Shown piece by piece: positions 32,311 to 42,022 of a stretch of 64,000 nucleotides of DNA. The notes beneath the pieces were generated by a model. It ran no database searches and was not told the origin of the DNA. It saw only the letters and a list, made by a program, of their open reading frames with translations. The position numbers were made by a program, and so were the translations under genes. Positions within the stretch are counted from its first letter, which is position 1. Every line of letters begins with the position of its first letter. This DNA comes from an uncultured Chloroflexia bacterium (GTDB lineage Bacteria; Chloroflexota; Anaerolineae; CG2-30-64-16), in contig CAWEMM010000008.1 in NCBI GenBank assembly GCA_963810095.1, positions 64,001 to 128,000 on the forward strand. The letters are read 5' to 3'.

Positions 32311-33621
32311 ATGCCAAGTACACTCGGCTTATGGGGCGCACGCTCGGAGTCGGAATCTCGGCGCGAATCCGTGTGGTTGCAGCCTGATCGTACTGGAATT
32401 CGGTGCGCAAGGTCTGACCCTGACGCGCGATGTCCTGGCGCGTGCCGGGCTGGGTCAGGACGAAGACCTGCTCCTCGAGCTGACCGGCGACGGCCTGCGG
32501 CTGACGTCCGACCGGTTGCGCAAAGTCTACGTCGAGGTGACGAGCGTTTGCAACCTGGCCTGCGCGACATGCATTCGGAACGCCTGGGACGAGCCGTTGG
32601 GCCACATGCCCGTTGAGCGCTTCGAGCGGCTCCTGCAGGGACTGCCAGAGGCGAAGCCGGGTGATCGGGCCGATCACGATGTCGCTCAGCGGGTTTGGCG
32701 AGCCCCTCGCCCATCCGCACTTCCTTGACCTGGTCCGGATGGCGCGTGAGCACGGCGTGCGCGTTGAGATCGTGACCAACGGGCTGCTGCTGGATGCGGC
32801 GCTCGCTCGCGTGCATTGGCGGACCTCGGCGTCAGCCAGGTCGCGGTGTCGCTCGACGGCGGGGAGCCAGCCGGCTATGAGAGCATCCGGGGCGCGGACT
32901 TTGGGGCGGCGGCGGAGGCAGCCCGCCTGCTGGTCGAAGCGCGACGGCGGACACGCAGGACGATGGCGGTGGGCGCGGCGTTCGTGGCAACCGGGCGCAA
33001 TGTCGACAGCTTGCCGGCCCTGCTGCGGCTGGCGCGAGGACTTGGCGCTCGACTTCGTGTCGATCAGCAATGTCGTGCCCCATACCGCCGAGATGGCGGC
33101 AGAGACGCTCTGGCGCCACGCGGCCTGGGCGGCTACGTTTCGGCCCGAGGGCTGGCGGCCACACGTAACGATGGGGCACCTGGACGTGGATGACAGACAC
33201 GCTGCCAGCACTGGCTGCGCTCGTCGCAAGCGGGCCGGTGTTCCCGCCCGCGTGGCTGGATCACGGTGCGGGGCGCAACTACTGCCGCTTCGTGCGCGAA
33301 GGCATGCTAGCAGTGAGCTGGGATGGCCGGGTTGCGCCCTGCCTGTCGCTGCTACACACGCACCCCGAGTACGTCAACGATCACTGGAAGACGGTCCGCA
33401 GTTATGCCGTCGGACACGTGGACGATCGGGGGTTGGCCGAGATCTGGCGCGAGGCGGCCTATCGGGAGCTTCGCGGCCGCGTGCGCAGCTTCGACTTCTC
33501 GCCGTGTTTCGCCTGCGGCGGGTGCCCGGAGACGGACACCAACGACACAGACTGTTATCGCAGCCCATTTCCCGCGTGCGGCGAATGCCTCTGGGCCCAA
33601 GGGATCGTCCTTTGTCCCTGA
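32311..33621 (+). CDS. radical SAM/SPASM protein resembling the tungsten-cofactor oxidoreductase maturase family (multiple frameshifts; start uncertain)
   Basis: YVEVTSVCNLACATCIRN, GFGEP, TNG and SLDG; SPASM-like CRFV..DGRVAPC..CFACGGC..DC..CGECLWAQGIVLCP. Confidence 0.8.
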
Positions 33622-33739
33622 GGGCGAAAACCGCTCCGCTCCTGTCTTAGGCTCGCTTATGAACTGCACAACCAGCCGGAGACAGGAGAGCTTCGCCACG
33701 CTCCGAGTGATGCGCCAACCGATGCAGGGAGGAAAACTT

Positions 33740-34300
33740 GTGATCATCGAATCCTACGATATCGAGGTTTTTACACCGCCTTGCGATCCGGGTGCGGAAC
33801 GGTTCGCAGGCAAGGCGCTGTTGATGGCAGACATCTCGGACGTGCTCCCGTACCTCAACGCGACATTGCGCGGCGCGGTCTATACCCAGTCGGCGAACGC
33901 GCTCACCTGGAAGAAGGGCGGGCACAACCTCGCGTTTCACGCCTATGAGATCGCAACCAGCAACGTGGAAGACCGTGACGCTGCGATTAAGGAATTGGAA
34001 GGGCTGGTCGACCTGGTCAACCGGACGTGGGAACGGCGCGGGGAGATCACACCTGATTTTGCCTTGCACCAACGACCGACGGCGATGGCACTCTACAAAC
34101 TGCTACCCGCGACTAACTGTCGCAAGTGCGGACAGCCTTCCTGCTGGAATTTTGCTCTGAAGCTCGCCGCAGCGCAGGTCGGGCTGGATCCTTGTCCCCT
34201 GCTCGGCGAGCCAGCCTATGCGGAGCGCCGGACCAGCCTCGAGGTGCTCCTGGCGCCGATGCCAGCCATCGGACCGCGTGAAGATCAGCGCGGATCGTGA
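33740..34300 (+). CDS. Fe-S-binding protein (PF04060-type C-terminal domain)
   Basis: PPCDPG, LPYLNA and LLPATNCRKCGQPSCWNFA...CP. Confidence 0.8.
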   Translation: MIIESYDIEVFTPPCDPGAERFAGKALLMADISDVLPYLNATLRGAVYTQSANALTWKKGGHNLAFHAYEIATSNVEDRDAAIKELEGLVDLVNRTWERRGEITPDFALHQRPTAMALYKLLPATNCRKCGQPSCWNFALKLAAAQVGLDPCPLLGEPAYAERRTSLEVLLAPMPAIGPREDQRGS

Positions 34301-34320
34301 TCGTGTGTACGTTTCACTAT

Positions 34321-34370
34321 TTGACAGCGCGGCTGACGTGAGCTAAAATCACATTCAGTGAAATGAATGT
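34321..34370 (+). promoter_or_regulatory. sigma70 promoter and ArsR operator
   Basis: TTGACA-N17-TAAAAT followed by ACATTCA-N6-TGAATGT. Confidence 0.8.
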
Positions 34371-34389
34371 ATCTGTGGGGGTCGCAAGA

Positions 34390-34743
34390 ATGGAACCGTT
34401 TCAGGATATTGGCGAGCTGTTCAAACTGCTGTCGCACCCGACCCGCCTAGCAATTCTCGAAATGCTGCGGGGGGGCGAGGAGTGCGTGTGCCATATGACC
34501 GCCATGTTAGGCTCCCGTCAGGCGTATGTATCCCAGCAACTCATGGTCTTGCGCGAGGCGGGCTTCGTAATCGACCGTCGGGACGGCTGGAACATCTACT
34601 ACCGCGTCACGCGCCCCGAGGTGTACGCAGTGCTGGACGCAGCGCGCAAAGCGGTCCCAGTCCGGCCGCCTGAGACCTTCACCTTCAGCAGCATGTCAAA
34701 CGCGTGCCCTTGCCCGAAGTGCCAGGCTGCGGTCACGACTTAG
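34390..34743 (+). CDS. arsR: ArsR/SmtB regulator
   Basis: SHPTRLAIL, ECVCHM and VSQQLMVLR; C-terminal CPCPKC. Confidence 0.9.
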   Translation: MEPFQDIGELFKLLSHPTRLAILEMLRGGEECVCHMTAMLGSRQAYVSQQLMVLREAGFVIDRRDGWNIYYRVTRPEVYAVLDAARKAVPVRPPETFTFSSMSNACPCPKCQAAVTT

Positions 34744-34776
34744 TTCGTGGATTTCTCTCTCTTTTTTTATCATAAT

Positions 34777-34796
34777 ACATTCACTCGCTTGAATGT
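34777..34796. promoter_or_regulatory. second copy of the ArsR operator, downstream of arsR
   Basis: ACATTCA-CTCGCT-TGAATGT after a T-run. Confidence 0.75.
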
Positions 34797-34826
34797 GATT
34801 CTATTCTGCTAACATGGAGAACGACA

Positions 34827-35077
34827 ATGGTCAACATCAAAGTGCTCGGCACAGGATGTGCCAATTGTCAGCGGCTGGAGGCCAGCGTGCGCCGGGTCGT
34901 GGCGACGCAGGGGATCGAGGCCCAGATCGAGAAGGTCACCGACCTGGGCGAGATCATGAAGTACGCCCTCCTGGCCACGCCGGGGCTGGTGATCGACGGC
35001 AAACTGGTCGCGGCCGGCCGCGTGCCTGCCGACAAAGAGATCGCCGGCTGGCTGCCGCGGCGACGCCGTCCGGCTGA
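34827..35077 (+). CDS. MTH895-like small thioredoxin (3' frameshift likely)
   Basis: IKVLGTGCANC...ATPGLVIDG...GRVP. Confidence 0.85.
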
Positions 35078-35130
35078 GCCGGATCGCAACGTGCGGTCAG
35101 GAAGTCAGAACTATTTGAGTGGGAGACAAT

Positions 35131-36186
35131 GTGGCAATCCAGGAAACAACGCCAGCGCGGCATAGCCTGCGCGCCGATCTGCCGGTCTACGGCAAGCTCG
35201 CCGCTATCGCCCTGCTGTGGTGGGCGGCCTATTCCGTGTTGCTGCCGGTCAGCCAGTGGCTGACCTACAACGTGCTCGGGTTGGAGCGTGGCTCGCAGGT
35301 GGGCGAGTCGGTGGCCTTTTTCCTCTACGACGTGCCCAAAATCCTGCTCCTGCTCGCGGGCATGATCTTTCTGATCAGCATTGTGCGCACCTTTTTCAGC
35401 CCCGAGCGCACGCGAGCGCTGTTGGGTGGCAAGCGCCAGGGGCTGGGTAACGTGCTGGCGGCCACGCTCGGCATCGTGACCCCCTTCTGCTCCTGCTCGG
35501 CCGTGCCGCTCTTCATCGGGTTTGTCGAGTCGGGCATTCCGCTGGGGGTCACCTTCTCCTTCCTGATCGCCGCGCCGCTGATCAACGAGGTGGCGGTGAT
35601 TATGCTGGGCGGCCTGTTCGGCTGGCGGGTCGCGGCGCTGTATATCGGTACGGGCCTGGTGATCGCCATCGGCGCCGGCTTCGTCATCGGCCGCTTCCAC
35701 CTGGAGCGCTATGTCGAAGATTTCGTCTGGCAGTTGCAGATGGGCGCGAGCGGCCCGCAGGAGCGCCTCAGCTGGCCGGAGCGCATCAGCCGGGCCACGG
35801 ACAGCGTCAAGGAGATCGTCGGCAAGGTCTGGCCCTATGTCATCGTCGGCATTGGGATCGGCGCAGCCATCCACGGCTTCGTGCCCGAGAGCGCCCTGGC
35901 GAACATCATGGGCAAACAGGCGTGGTGGAGCGTGCCGGCGGCCGTACTGCTGGGCATCCCGTTGTATTCCAACGCGGCGGGGGTCATCCCCATCGTCGGC
36001 GCGCTGATCGAGAAAGGCGCCAGCGTGGGCACCGCACTGGCGTTCATGATGGCAGTGGTGGGCCTGAGCCTGCCCGAGATGATCATCCTGCGCCGGGTGC
36101 TCAAACCGCAACTGATCGCGGTCTTCATCGGCGTGCTGGCGCTGGCCATCATCTTTACCGGCTATCTGTTCAACCTGGTCCTGTAA
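35131..36186 (+). CDS. arsP: ArsP-type permease (DUF318)
   Basis: TPFCSCSAVP, GIPLGVTFSFL, PLYSNAAG and SLPE. Confidence 0.85.
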   Translation: MAIQETTPARHSLRADLPVYGKLAAIALLWWAAYSVLLPVSQWLTYNVLGLERGSQVGESVAFFLYDVPKILLLLAGMIFLISIVRTFFSPERTRALLGGKRQGLGNVLAATLGIVTPFCSCSAVPLFIGFVESGIPLGVTFSFLIAAPLINEVAVIMLGGLFGWRVAALYIGTGLVIAIGAGFVIGRFHLERYVEDFVWQLQMGASGPQERLSWPERISRATDSVKEIVGKVWPYVIVGIGIGAAIHGFVPESALANIMGKQAWWSVPAAVLLGIPLYSNAAGVIPIVGALIEKGASVGTALAFMMAVVGLSLPEMIILRRVLKPQLIAVFIGVLALAIIFTGYLFNLVL

Positions 36187-36203
36187 ATCAAGGAGCGCTA
36201 CCC

Positions 36204-36758
36204 TTGTCCCAAGACTGTTGTTGTCTATCTGATGATGCAGGTTCCCAAACCTGCGAGCCGACCCCGGAGATCGCAGAACGTCCCGCAACGCCCGGCGATT
36301 GTCCGATCTGCGGGCAGCACGGCAAGCTGGTAGACGGGCAGACGGTGAAGGCCCTGCTGGCGATCAGCCTGGTCCAAGTGACTCACGAGCCGTACTTATT
36401 CTGCGCCAACCCGGGTTGCGCCATTGTCTATTATGCTGCCGACGGTGAGCAAACTTTCTCCACCGCCGAGGTGCGCGAGCGGGTCTACCAGAAGGAGCCA
36501 GGCGCCGAGGACGTGTTTGTCTGCTACTGCTTCCGGCACACGCGGGACGAAATCCGCGCCGAGATCGCGGCAACCGGTCGCAGCACCGTGGTAGATGCCA
36601 TCAACGCAGGCATCCGTGCCGGCGCCTGTGCCTGTGACCTGCGCAACCCGCAAGGTTCCTGCTGCCTGGGCAACGCACGCGCCCTGGTCAAGCTTCTGTT
36701 GGCTGAAAAAGGGTCAACGGCAACAGATCGACCGGAAAACAAGAGGAGAACATCATGA
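36204..36758 (+). CDS. CopZ N-terminal-like Zn/[2Fe-2S] protein
   Basis: AAGGAG-TTG start; DCCC, CPICG, FCANPGC, VCYCF and CACDLRNPQGSCCLG. Confidence 0.75.
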   Translation: MSQDCCCLSDDAGSQTCEPTPEIAERPATPGDCPICGQHGKLVDGQTVKALLAISLVQVTHEPYLFCANPGCAIVYYAADGEQTFSTAEVRERVYQKEPGAEDVFVCYCFRHTRDEIRAEIAATGRSTVVDAINAGIRAGACACDLRNPQGSCCLGNARALVKLLLAEKGSTATDRPENKRRTS

Positions 36759-37357
36759 CGGAGCATGAAATCCTGTTGGATGCACTGAAATTCCACGGGC
36801 ACCGCTGCTGGGCCAGCGTGGCGGGCGTGCGGGTGGGATTGGCCGCGCTGCGGGCGCTCGGCGTGCAACGCTCGGGCGGCACGCAGCTCTACGCCATCAT
36901 CGAGACCGGCGAAGAACATGGCGGCATGTGCTTCGGCGACGGCGTGCAATACACCACGGGCTGCACGTTCGGCAAGGGGAACATCCGCAAGAACCCCCTC
37001 GGCAAGCTGGCATTGACCCTGATCGACAAGGACAGCAACCAGGCCGTGCGCGTCTCCTACAAGCCCACGCTGCAGAAGCAGATCGCGGCGTCAGCCTTCA
37101 TGCAGCAGCGCGCCGCCGGGTACCAGCCGGACGAGATCCCCGAGGCTGACCAGATGGAGTTGGTCAACCTGGTGTGGGACGCGCCGGAAGACGACGTCCT
37201 GACCGTGGGCGAAGTCTTCACCTACGACTGCAACTGGCTGCCTGAGGTGATGGGCTTTACAAAATGTGACTCGTGCGGCGAGCTCGCGGCCCACGCGTAC
37301 GTGCGGCTGGTCGGCGATCGCAAGGTGTGCATCCCATGTTCCGGGTACGATCGCTGA
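36755..37357 (+). CDS. FmdE family protein with C-terminal zinc finger
   Basis: FHGHRC, CFGDGVQYTTGCTFGKGN and CDSCGE...CIPC. Confidence 0.85.
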   Translation: MTEHEILLDALKFHGHRCWASVAGVRVGLAALRALGVQRSGGTQLYAIIETGEEHGGMCFGDGVQYTTGCTFGKGNIRKNPLGKLALTLIDKDSNQAVRVSYKPTLQKQIAASAFMQQRAAGYQPDEIPEADQMELVNLVWDAPEDDVLTVGEVFTYDCNWLPEVMGFTKCDSCGELAAHAYVRLVGDRKVCIPCSGYDR

Positions 37358-37358
37358 A

Positions 37359-38114
37359 ATGAGTCCGACTACCTACATCATCAGCGCCGTGTTGGTGTTC
37401 GTCTTCTCCGGCCTGCTGGCGATGGCCGGGCTGGGCGCGGCATTTCTGTTCGTGCCGCTCTTCTACTATCTCGGCGTCCCGCTGGCCGAGGCCACCCCGA
37501 CCGCCCTGCTGTTGAACGTCGTAAGCCTGTTATTTGCCACGATCAACTACTGGCGCGGCAAGCTGATCAACTTCCGGGTTGGGCTTCCGGTTTTGGTCAC
37601 AGCCGTGATCCTGTCGCCGCTCGGCGCGCGGCTGACACCGCAGATCGACAAGACAGTGCTGCTCGGACTGTTCGCGGCATTTCTGATTTTCGCCGGGTTC
37701 ATGATGCTATTCTACCGGCCGAAGAAACGCGGAGAGCCGCTCAGTCGGACGGTTGAGGTGAGCGCCGGCGTGGGCATCGGCGGCGTGGCGGGCTTCCTGG
37801 GCGGCCTGCTCGGCGTGGGCGGGGGCAATTTTATCCTGCCCGTGCTGAACTGGCTGGGGCTGGATGCAAAGGTGGCGGCTGGCACGACTGCGTTGGTGGT
37901 GGTCTTCGCATCGTTCTCGGGCTTTCTGGGTCACGCCACACTCGGCGGACTCGACCCCGTGTTCATTGGCATCATGGCTGTGATGGCTGCGGCTGGCTCC
38001 ATCGTCGGCTCACAACTGATGAAGACGAAGCTGTCCAGCGCACAACTCAAGCGCATGATCGGCGTGTTGCTGTTGCTGATCGCCGCCAAGATGATCTTTG
38101 ATCTCGTGAAGTAA
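37359..38114 (+). CDS. TauE/SafE family exporter
   Basis: AGLGAAFLFVP and GLLGVGGGNFILP repeats. Confidence 0.85.
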   Translation: MSPTTYIISAVLVFVFSGLLAMAGLGAAFLFVPLFYYLGVPLAEATPTALLLNVVSLLFATINYWRGKLINFRVGLPVLVTAVILSPLGARLTPQIDKTVLLGLFAAFLIFAGFMMLFYRPKKRGEPLSRTVEVSAGVGIGGVAGFLGGLLGVGGGNFILPVLNWLGLDAKVAAGTTALVVVFASFSGFLGHATLGGLDPVFIGIMAVMAAAGSIVGSQLMKTKLSSAQLKRMIGVLLLLIAAKMIFDLVK

Positions 38115-38172
38115 TTCGAGAGGCGGGCGCCTGGCGTTTCCGCAAATCCAAACCAAGAGAGGTACTTTCCTG

Positions 38173-38778
38173 ATGGACCGCAATGATGAACTGTACAAGG
38201 CCGGCCTGCTGCTGCACGGCCACAAGTGTCCCGCGATGCCGATGGGGCTGCGCGCCGGGCTGGCCGCGCTGGAGGCACTGGGTGCCGAGCGCGCCGCGGA
38301 CGGACAACTGACTGCGCTGATCGAGATCGACAGCGAGCACTGCGCCACCTGCTATGCAGACGGCATCCAGATGGCGACCGGCTGCACCTTCGGCAAGGGC
38401 AACATCCGCAAGCTCGGCTACGGTAAATTCGTGCTGACGCTGGTCGACAACAAGACCGGCCGCAGTGTGCGCGTCGCCACCCGCAACGAGGTGATCAAGC
38501 GCAACCAGGAATCCGAGTTCATCCAATATCGCAAGCGTGGCGTGCCGGCCTCCAAGATTGATCTGGCACTGGTCGAGCCCTACGTGGACTTCATCCTGTG
38601 CGCCCAGGCTGAGGAGTTGTTCAGAATCGGGCCGGTGACGGAGCTGAAGCTCCCGGCGGGCCGGCCGCACGACTTCAACACGATCATCTGCGCCGAGTGC
38701 GGCGAAGTCGCGGTCGAGCGGTACGCCCGGGTCAAGAACGGGCAGATCGTCTGCATGCCCTGCGCGGAGAAGAACTAA
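38173..38778 (+). CDS. FmdE family protein (second paralogue)
   Basis: LHGHKCP, CYADGIQMATGCTFGKGN and CAECGE...CMPC. Confidence 0.85.
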   Translation: MDRNDELYKAGLLLHGHKCPAMPMGLRAGLAALEALGAERAADGQLTALIEIDSEHCATCYADGIQMATGCTFGKGNIRKLGYGKFVLTLVDNKTGRSVRVATRNEVIKRNQESEFIQYRKRGVPASKIDLALVEPYVDFILCAQAEELFRIGPVTELKLPAGRPHDFNTIICAECGEVAVERYARVKNGQIVCMPCAEKN

Positions 38779-39182
38779 TGAAAATCGCAGCAGTCACAGA
38801 CGACGGCATTACCATCAGTCAACATTTCGGACGCGCACCCTACTACCTGGTGCTCACGGTCGAGGATGGACGCATCGTGAGCCGCGAGCAGCGCGAGAAG
38901 ATCGCCCATGGTCAGGGGCACAGCCACGGCCAGCCGAACGAGGTGCACCTGGCGGATCAGCCCCACGGCTTCGACCCGGCGTCACAGGACACGCACAGCC
39001 GCATGGCCGCGCCGATAAGCGATTGCCAGATGCTGCTGGCGCGCGGTATGGGGGCCGGGGCGTACGCCAGTTTGGAACAAGCCGGCATTCGACCCATTCT
39101 AACGACCCTCGTCAATATTGAGGAAGCCGCCCTGCAAGCGGCGGCTGGAACGATCGTCGACCACCGCGAACGGCTGCACTAG
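38778..39182 (+). CDS. NifB/NifX-family FeMo-cofactor-binding domain protein
   Basis: MKIA...SQHFGRAPYY...GMGAGA; His-rich insert HGQGHSH. Confidence 0.85.
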   Translation: MKIAAVTDDGITISQHFGRAPYYLVLTVEDGRIVSREQREKIAHGQGHSHGQPNEVHLADQPHGFDPASQDTHSRMAAPISDCQMLLARGMGAGAYASLEQAGIRPILTTLVNIEEAALQAAAGTIVDHRERLH

Positions 39183-39212
39183 AAACATCGCTGGTTGTCG
39201 CAAGGGGAAATC

Positions 39213-39971
39213 ATGGATCTGGATGCAATTCGAATCATGGCCGTGCAGATGCACGACATCCTTCAGTTGTCAGCCCCGGCCATCGGCGTCAGCCTTCTGT
39301 TGGAGAGACCAGACGAGGGTATGGGCCGAGCGTTGTCGCAGTATCGCTTCTGCCAGGCGCTGATGCGTGCGCGACACGGTGAAACGGTCACTCTGGACGG
39401 TGGTGGCCTGACATGTCCGGCCGCTGCGGCGGCCTTCGGCTTCCGGCCCTTGCCCGAGGGGTTGAGAAACGGTAGCGGCCTGGTTGGTTTCGGCATCGTG
39501 CAAGACCCGGCCGTCGGACAAAGGATGTTTGAAGAAATGCCGCGGCTAGCGCCCAACCAGATCCACAGCCTGCTCATTTTCCCACTCTCCGACGCGCCGG
39601 TCGTCCCTGACGTGATCGTCGTGGAAGATGAAGTCGAGAAGTTGATGTGGATAAACCTGGCCTACCTGCATGCTAGCGGCGGGAAGCGCATCCACAGCTC
39701 GACCGCCATCCTGCAGGCCACGTGCGTCGATGCCGCCATCATCCCGTATCTCGATAAACGCTTGAACTTCAGCTACGGATGCTATGGCTGCCGCGATGCT
39801 ACCGACCTGGCTGGCTCTGAGACAGTGGTCGGCTTCCCGATCTCCGTGCTGCCTGATATCGTGAAGCATCTTGAATTCCTGGCGCAAAAAGCGATCCCGA
39901 CCTCGCGCGCCAAAAAAGCCTGGGGAGCGCTCAAGGCGAAAGAGCTTCAAGCGGTCGCGACGAACTCCTAA
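39213..39971 (+). CDS. DUF169 family protein
   Basis: RFCQAL, CPAAAAAFG, QATCVDA and SYGCYGCRD. Confidence 0.8.
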   Translation: MDLDAIRIMAVQMHDILQLSAPAIGVSLLLERPDEGMGRALSQYRFCQALMRARHGETVTLDGGGLTCPAAAAAFGFRPLPEGLRNGSGLVGFGIVQDPAVGQRMFEEMPRLAPNQIHSLLIFPLSDAPVVPDVIVVEDEVEKLMWINLAYLHASGGKRIHSSTAILQATCVDAAIIPYLDKRLNFSYGCYGCRDATDLAGSETVVGFPISVLPDIVKHLEFLAQKAIPTSRAKKAWGALKAKELQAVATNS

Positions 39972-40039
39972 TGTCGGCCGCAGCGGGCAGGGGCGCGTTC
40001 GGGACAGTCCAAGATTCATAACAGAGAGGGATTGATATC

Positions 40040-40258
40040 GTGCAACCTTTCATCAACAAACGCCGGTGCCCGGCGCAAGACCAAATCTGCAAGGCGATCC
40101 CGGCCTGCCCGCACGGGGCGATCAGCTATGTCGCCGACGAGACCGAGCGCCTGGGCGGCAAGATTGTCTTCGACTACGACAAGTGCGACGGCTGCGGAAT
40201 CTGCGTGACTGAGTGCTGTGGCAGCGCGATCGATATGCAGCAAGTCGTCGCAACATGA
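40040..40258 (+). CDS. 4Fe-4S ferredoxin
   Basis: C....C....CP and CDGCGICVTECC. Confidence 0.8.
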   Translation: MQPFINKRRCPAQDQICKAIPACPHGAISYVADETERLGGKIVFDYDKCDGCGICVTECCGSAIDMQQVVAT

Positions 40259-40291
40259 CGCGGCTCATGGTCACGCGAGGAAAAACAGGCA

Positions 40292-40319
40292 TATGATGGT
40301 GTATGCAGTAAGGCATATA
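40292..40319 (+). promoter_or_regulatory. -10 box and ArsR-like 7-6-7 operator before gcvH
   Basis: TATGAT at 40292; TGTATGC-AGTAAG-GCATATA. Confidence 0.55.
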
Positions 40320-40380
40320 TAGAAATACCCGCATACGGCGCCGGGCACAAGACGCGTGCGCAGCGACGAAGGAGATCGAT

Positions 40381-40830
40381 GTGAGCACCGAGTATCTCGA
40401 AACGACGGTCGACAAGTTCATCTTTCGGGTCAAGGTCGGTTACCTGTACAGCGAAGCCGGCGTGTGGGTGGATTTCGATCCGTCCCGCCAGATCGCACGT
40501 ACGGGCCTAACTGACTTCCGCCAGCAGGCGAGCGGGGACGTCGCGTTCGTCGACCTGCCGGCGGCCGGCGCCACCGTCGCAAGCGGCGGTGACCTGGCGA
40601 ACATCGAAACGATCAAGGTCGATCTCGTCGTGCCGGCGCCGCTAGAGGGCACGGTCGTGGCGGGCAACGAGGCGCTCGGCGACGCTCCGGAACTGATTAA
40701 CCAGCAGCCGTACGGCGATGGCTGGCTGGTCGAACTAACGCCGGCCGCCTGGCCGGCGCCCGGCCTGCTTGACGCGGCAGCCTACCTGGCCGTGATGCAA
40801 GCGCAGGCGGAAGCTGAGGCGAAGCAATGA
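40381..40830 (+). CDS. stand-alone GcvH-like lipoyl carrier protein
   Basis: GLTDF.Q..SGDVAFVDLP, IETIK (putative lipoyl Lys79), PELINQQPYGDGWL; no gcvP/gcvT in the window. Confidence 0.8.
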   Translation: MSTEYLETTVDKFIFRVKVGYLYSEAGVWVDFDPSRQIARTGLTDFRQQASGDVAFVDLPAAGATVASGGDLANIETIKVDLVVPAPLEGTVVAGNEALGDAPELINQQPYGDGWLVELTPAAWPAPGLLDAAAYLAVMQAQAEAEAKQ

Positions 40831-41294
40831 GTGATGAAGCTGAGCAAGCGTCGCTCCCAGGAGCGGCTCGCACAGTGTGCATCGTGCCCTGTAGCGGGAT
40901 TGGCAAAACGTACGGCACGGTGACGCGCGAGGCAGCGTACGTCGTGAGCGAAGAGTTGCGACCGGACACCACGAAGGTGGTCCCCCTCTCGCTGCTCGTG
41001 CTCGGCGACGAGGCGGCGCGTGAGGCCGTGCAGGCGGCGCCAGCGCTCACGCTGGACGGCTGCAAGTTGGCCTGTGCGACGAACCTCGTGCGCCAGTCTG
41101 GGGGCATCGTGGCGCAGGACTTCGTCGTGCTCGACACGTTCCGGAAGAACCGGACGCTCAAGCCGGCGGGCATCGCCGAGCTAAACGACGGCGGGCTGGC
41201 CCTGGCGCGGGCGCTGGCAGACGAGGTCGCGGCGGCGGTAGATGCCGCCGTAGCGACGGATGGTTCATCGACTGGAGGAGAGCACGATGCCTAA
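40827..41294 (+). CDS. DGC-domain putative zinc-binding protein
   Basis: PCSG...LDGCKLACA. Confidence 0.8.
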   Translation: MSDEAEQASLPGAARTVCIVPCSGIGKTYGTVTREAAYVVSEELRPDTTKVVPLSLLVLGDEAAREAVQAAPALTLDGCKLACATNLVRQSGGIVAQDFVVLDTFRKNRTLKPAGIAELNDGGLALARALADEVAAAVDAAVATDGSSTGGEHDA

Positions 41295-42022
41295 TCTACC
41301 AAAGCGCAAGGTGGGCATCGTCGCCTGTTCGGGCGAGGAGCTGCCCGGCGGCACGGTCACCCGGCTGGCGGCGCTCAAGGTGCTCGAGCATCTGCGACCG
41401 GATCAGACGGTGACAATCTGCTTGCCGCTATTCCTGGCCGGTGGCGAAGGCGACCGGGCATTTGCGAAGTTCTACCCGACCATCGCCGTCGACGGCTGCG
41501 AGAAGCGCTGCGCCGCCCGGGCGACCGAGATGTACAGCAATAAGCCGGCGGCAAGCATCGTGCTGGACGAGCTGCTGACCGAGCACGGCCTGCCGCAGCC
41601 GATAGGGAAGCGCCGGCTGACGCGCGAGAGCGGCCGGGCGGTGGATGCACTGGCCGATGCCATCGCGGTGGAAGTGGATCACTTGATGGCGGTGCGCTGG
41701 AGCCGCAGCGAAGGTACGATCCTGGAGGCCGGCCCGGATGCCGGAGCGGTCAGCACGTCGGCCTGCGCCTGTGGTTCGGGAATCCCTGTGACGACGGTGC
41801 AAGTGGGCGAGCAAGCCGTCGAGATCATGGCCCTCGTGCCGATCATGGAACTGGCTTATCAGCAAGGGTTGCGCGCCAACGGCGCTCTGCCGCCGCAGAT
41901 ACTTCAGACGGTGCAGGTGTACAACACCGTGCCCGCCGGCGAGGAAGCGCTGTTACGCGCAAGCCGTTGAACTGGCGTGGGCGGCGTACTGTATGGAACG
42001 TGAGGGGCAGAACCATGGCTAA
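41287..42022 (+). CDS. DGC-domain protein with C-terminal extension (frameshift near 41955)
   Basis: ACSG...ICLP...VDGCEKRCA; linker SACACGSG. Confidence 0.75.

Noticed and set aside
40381-40830. Glycine cleavage system
   Set aside because: No gcvP, gcvT or lpd in the window; the context is thiol-redox/arsenic
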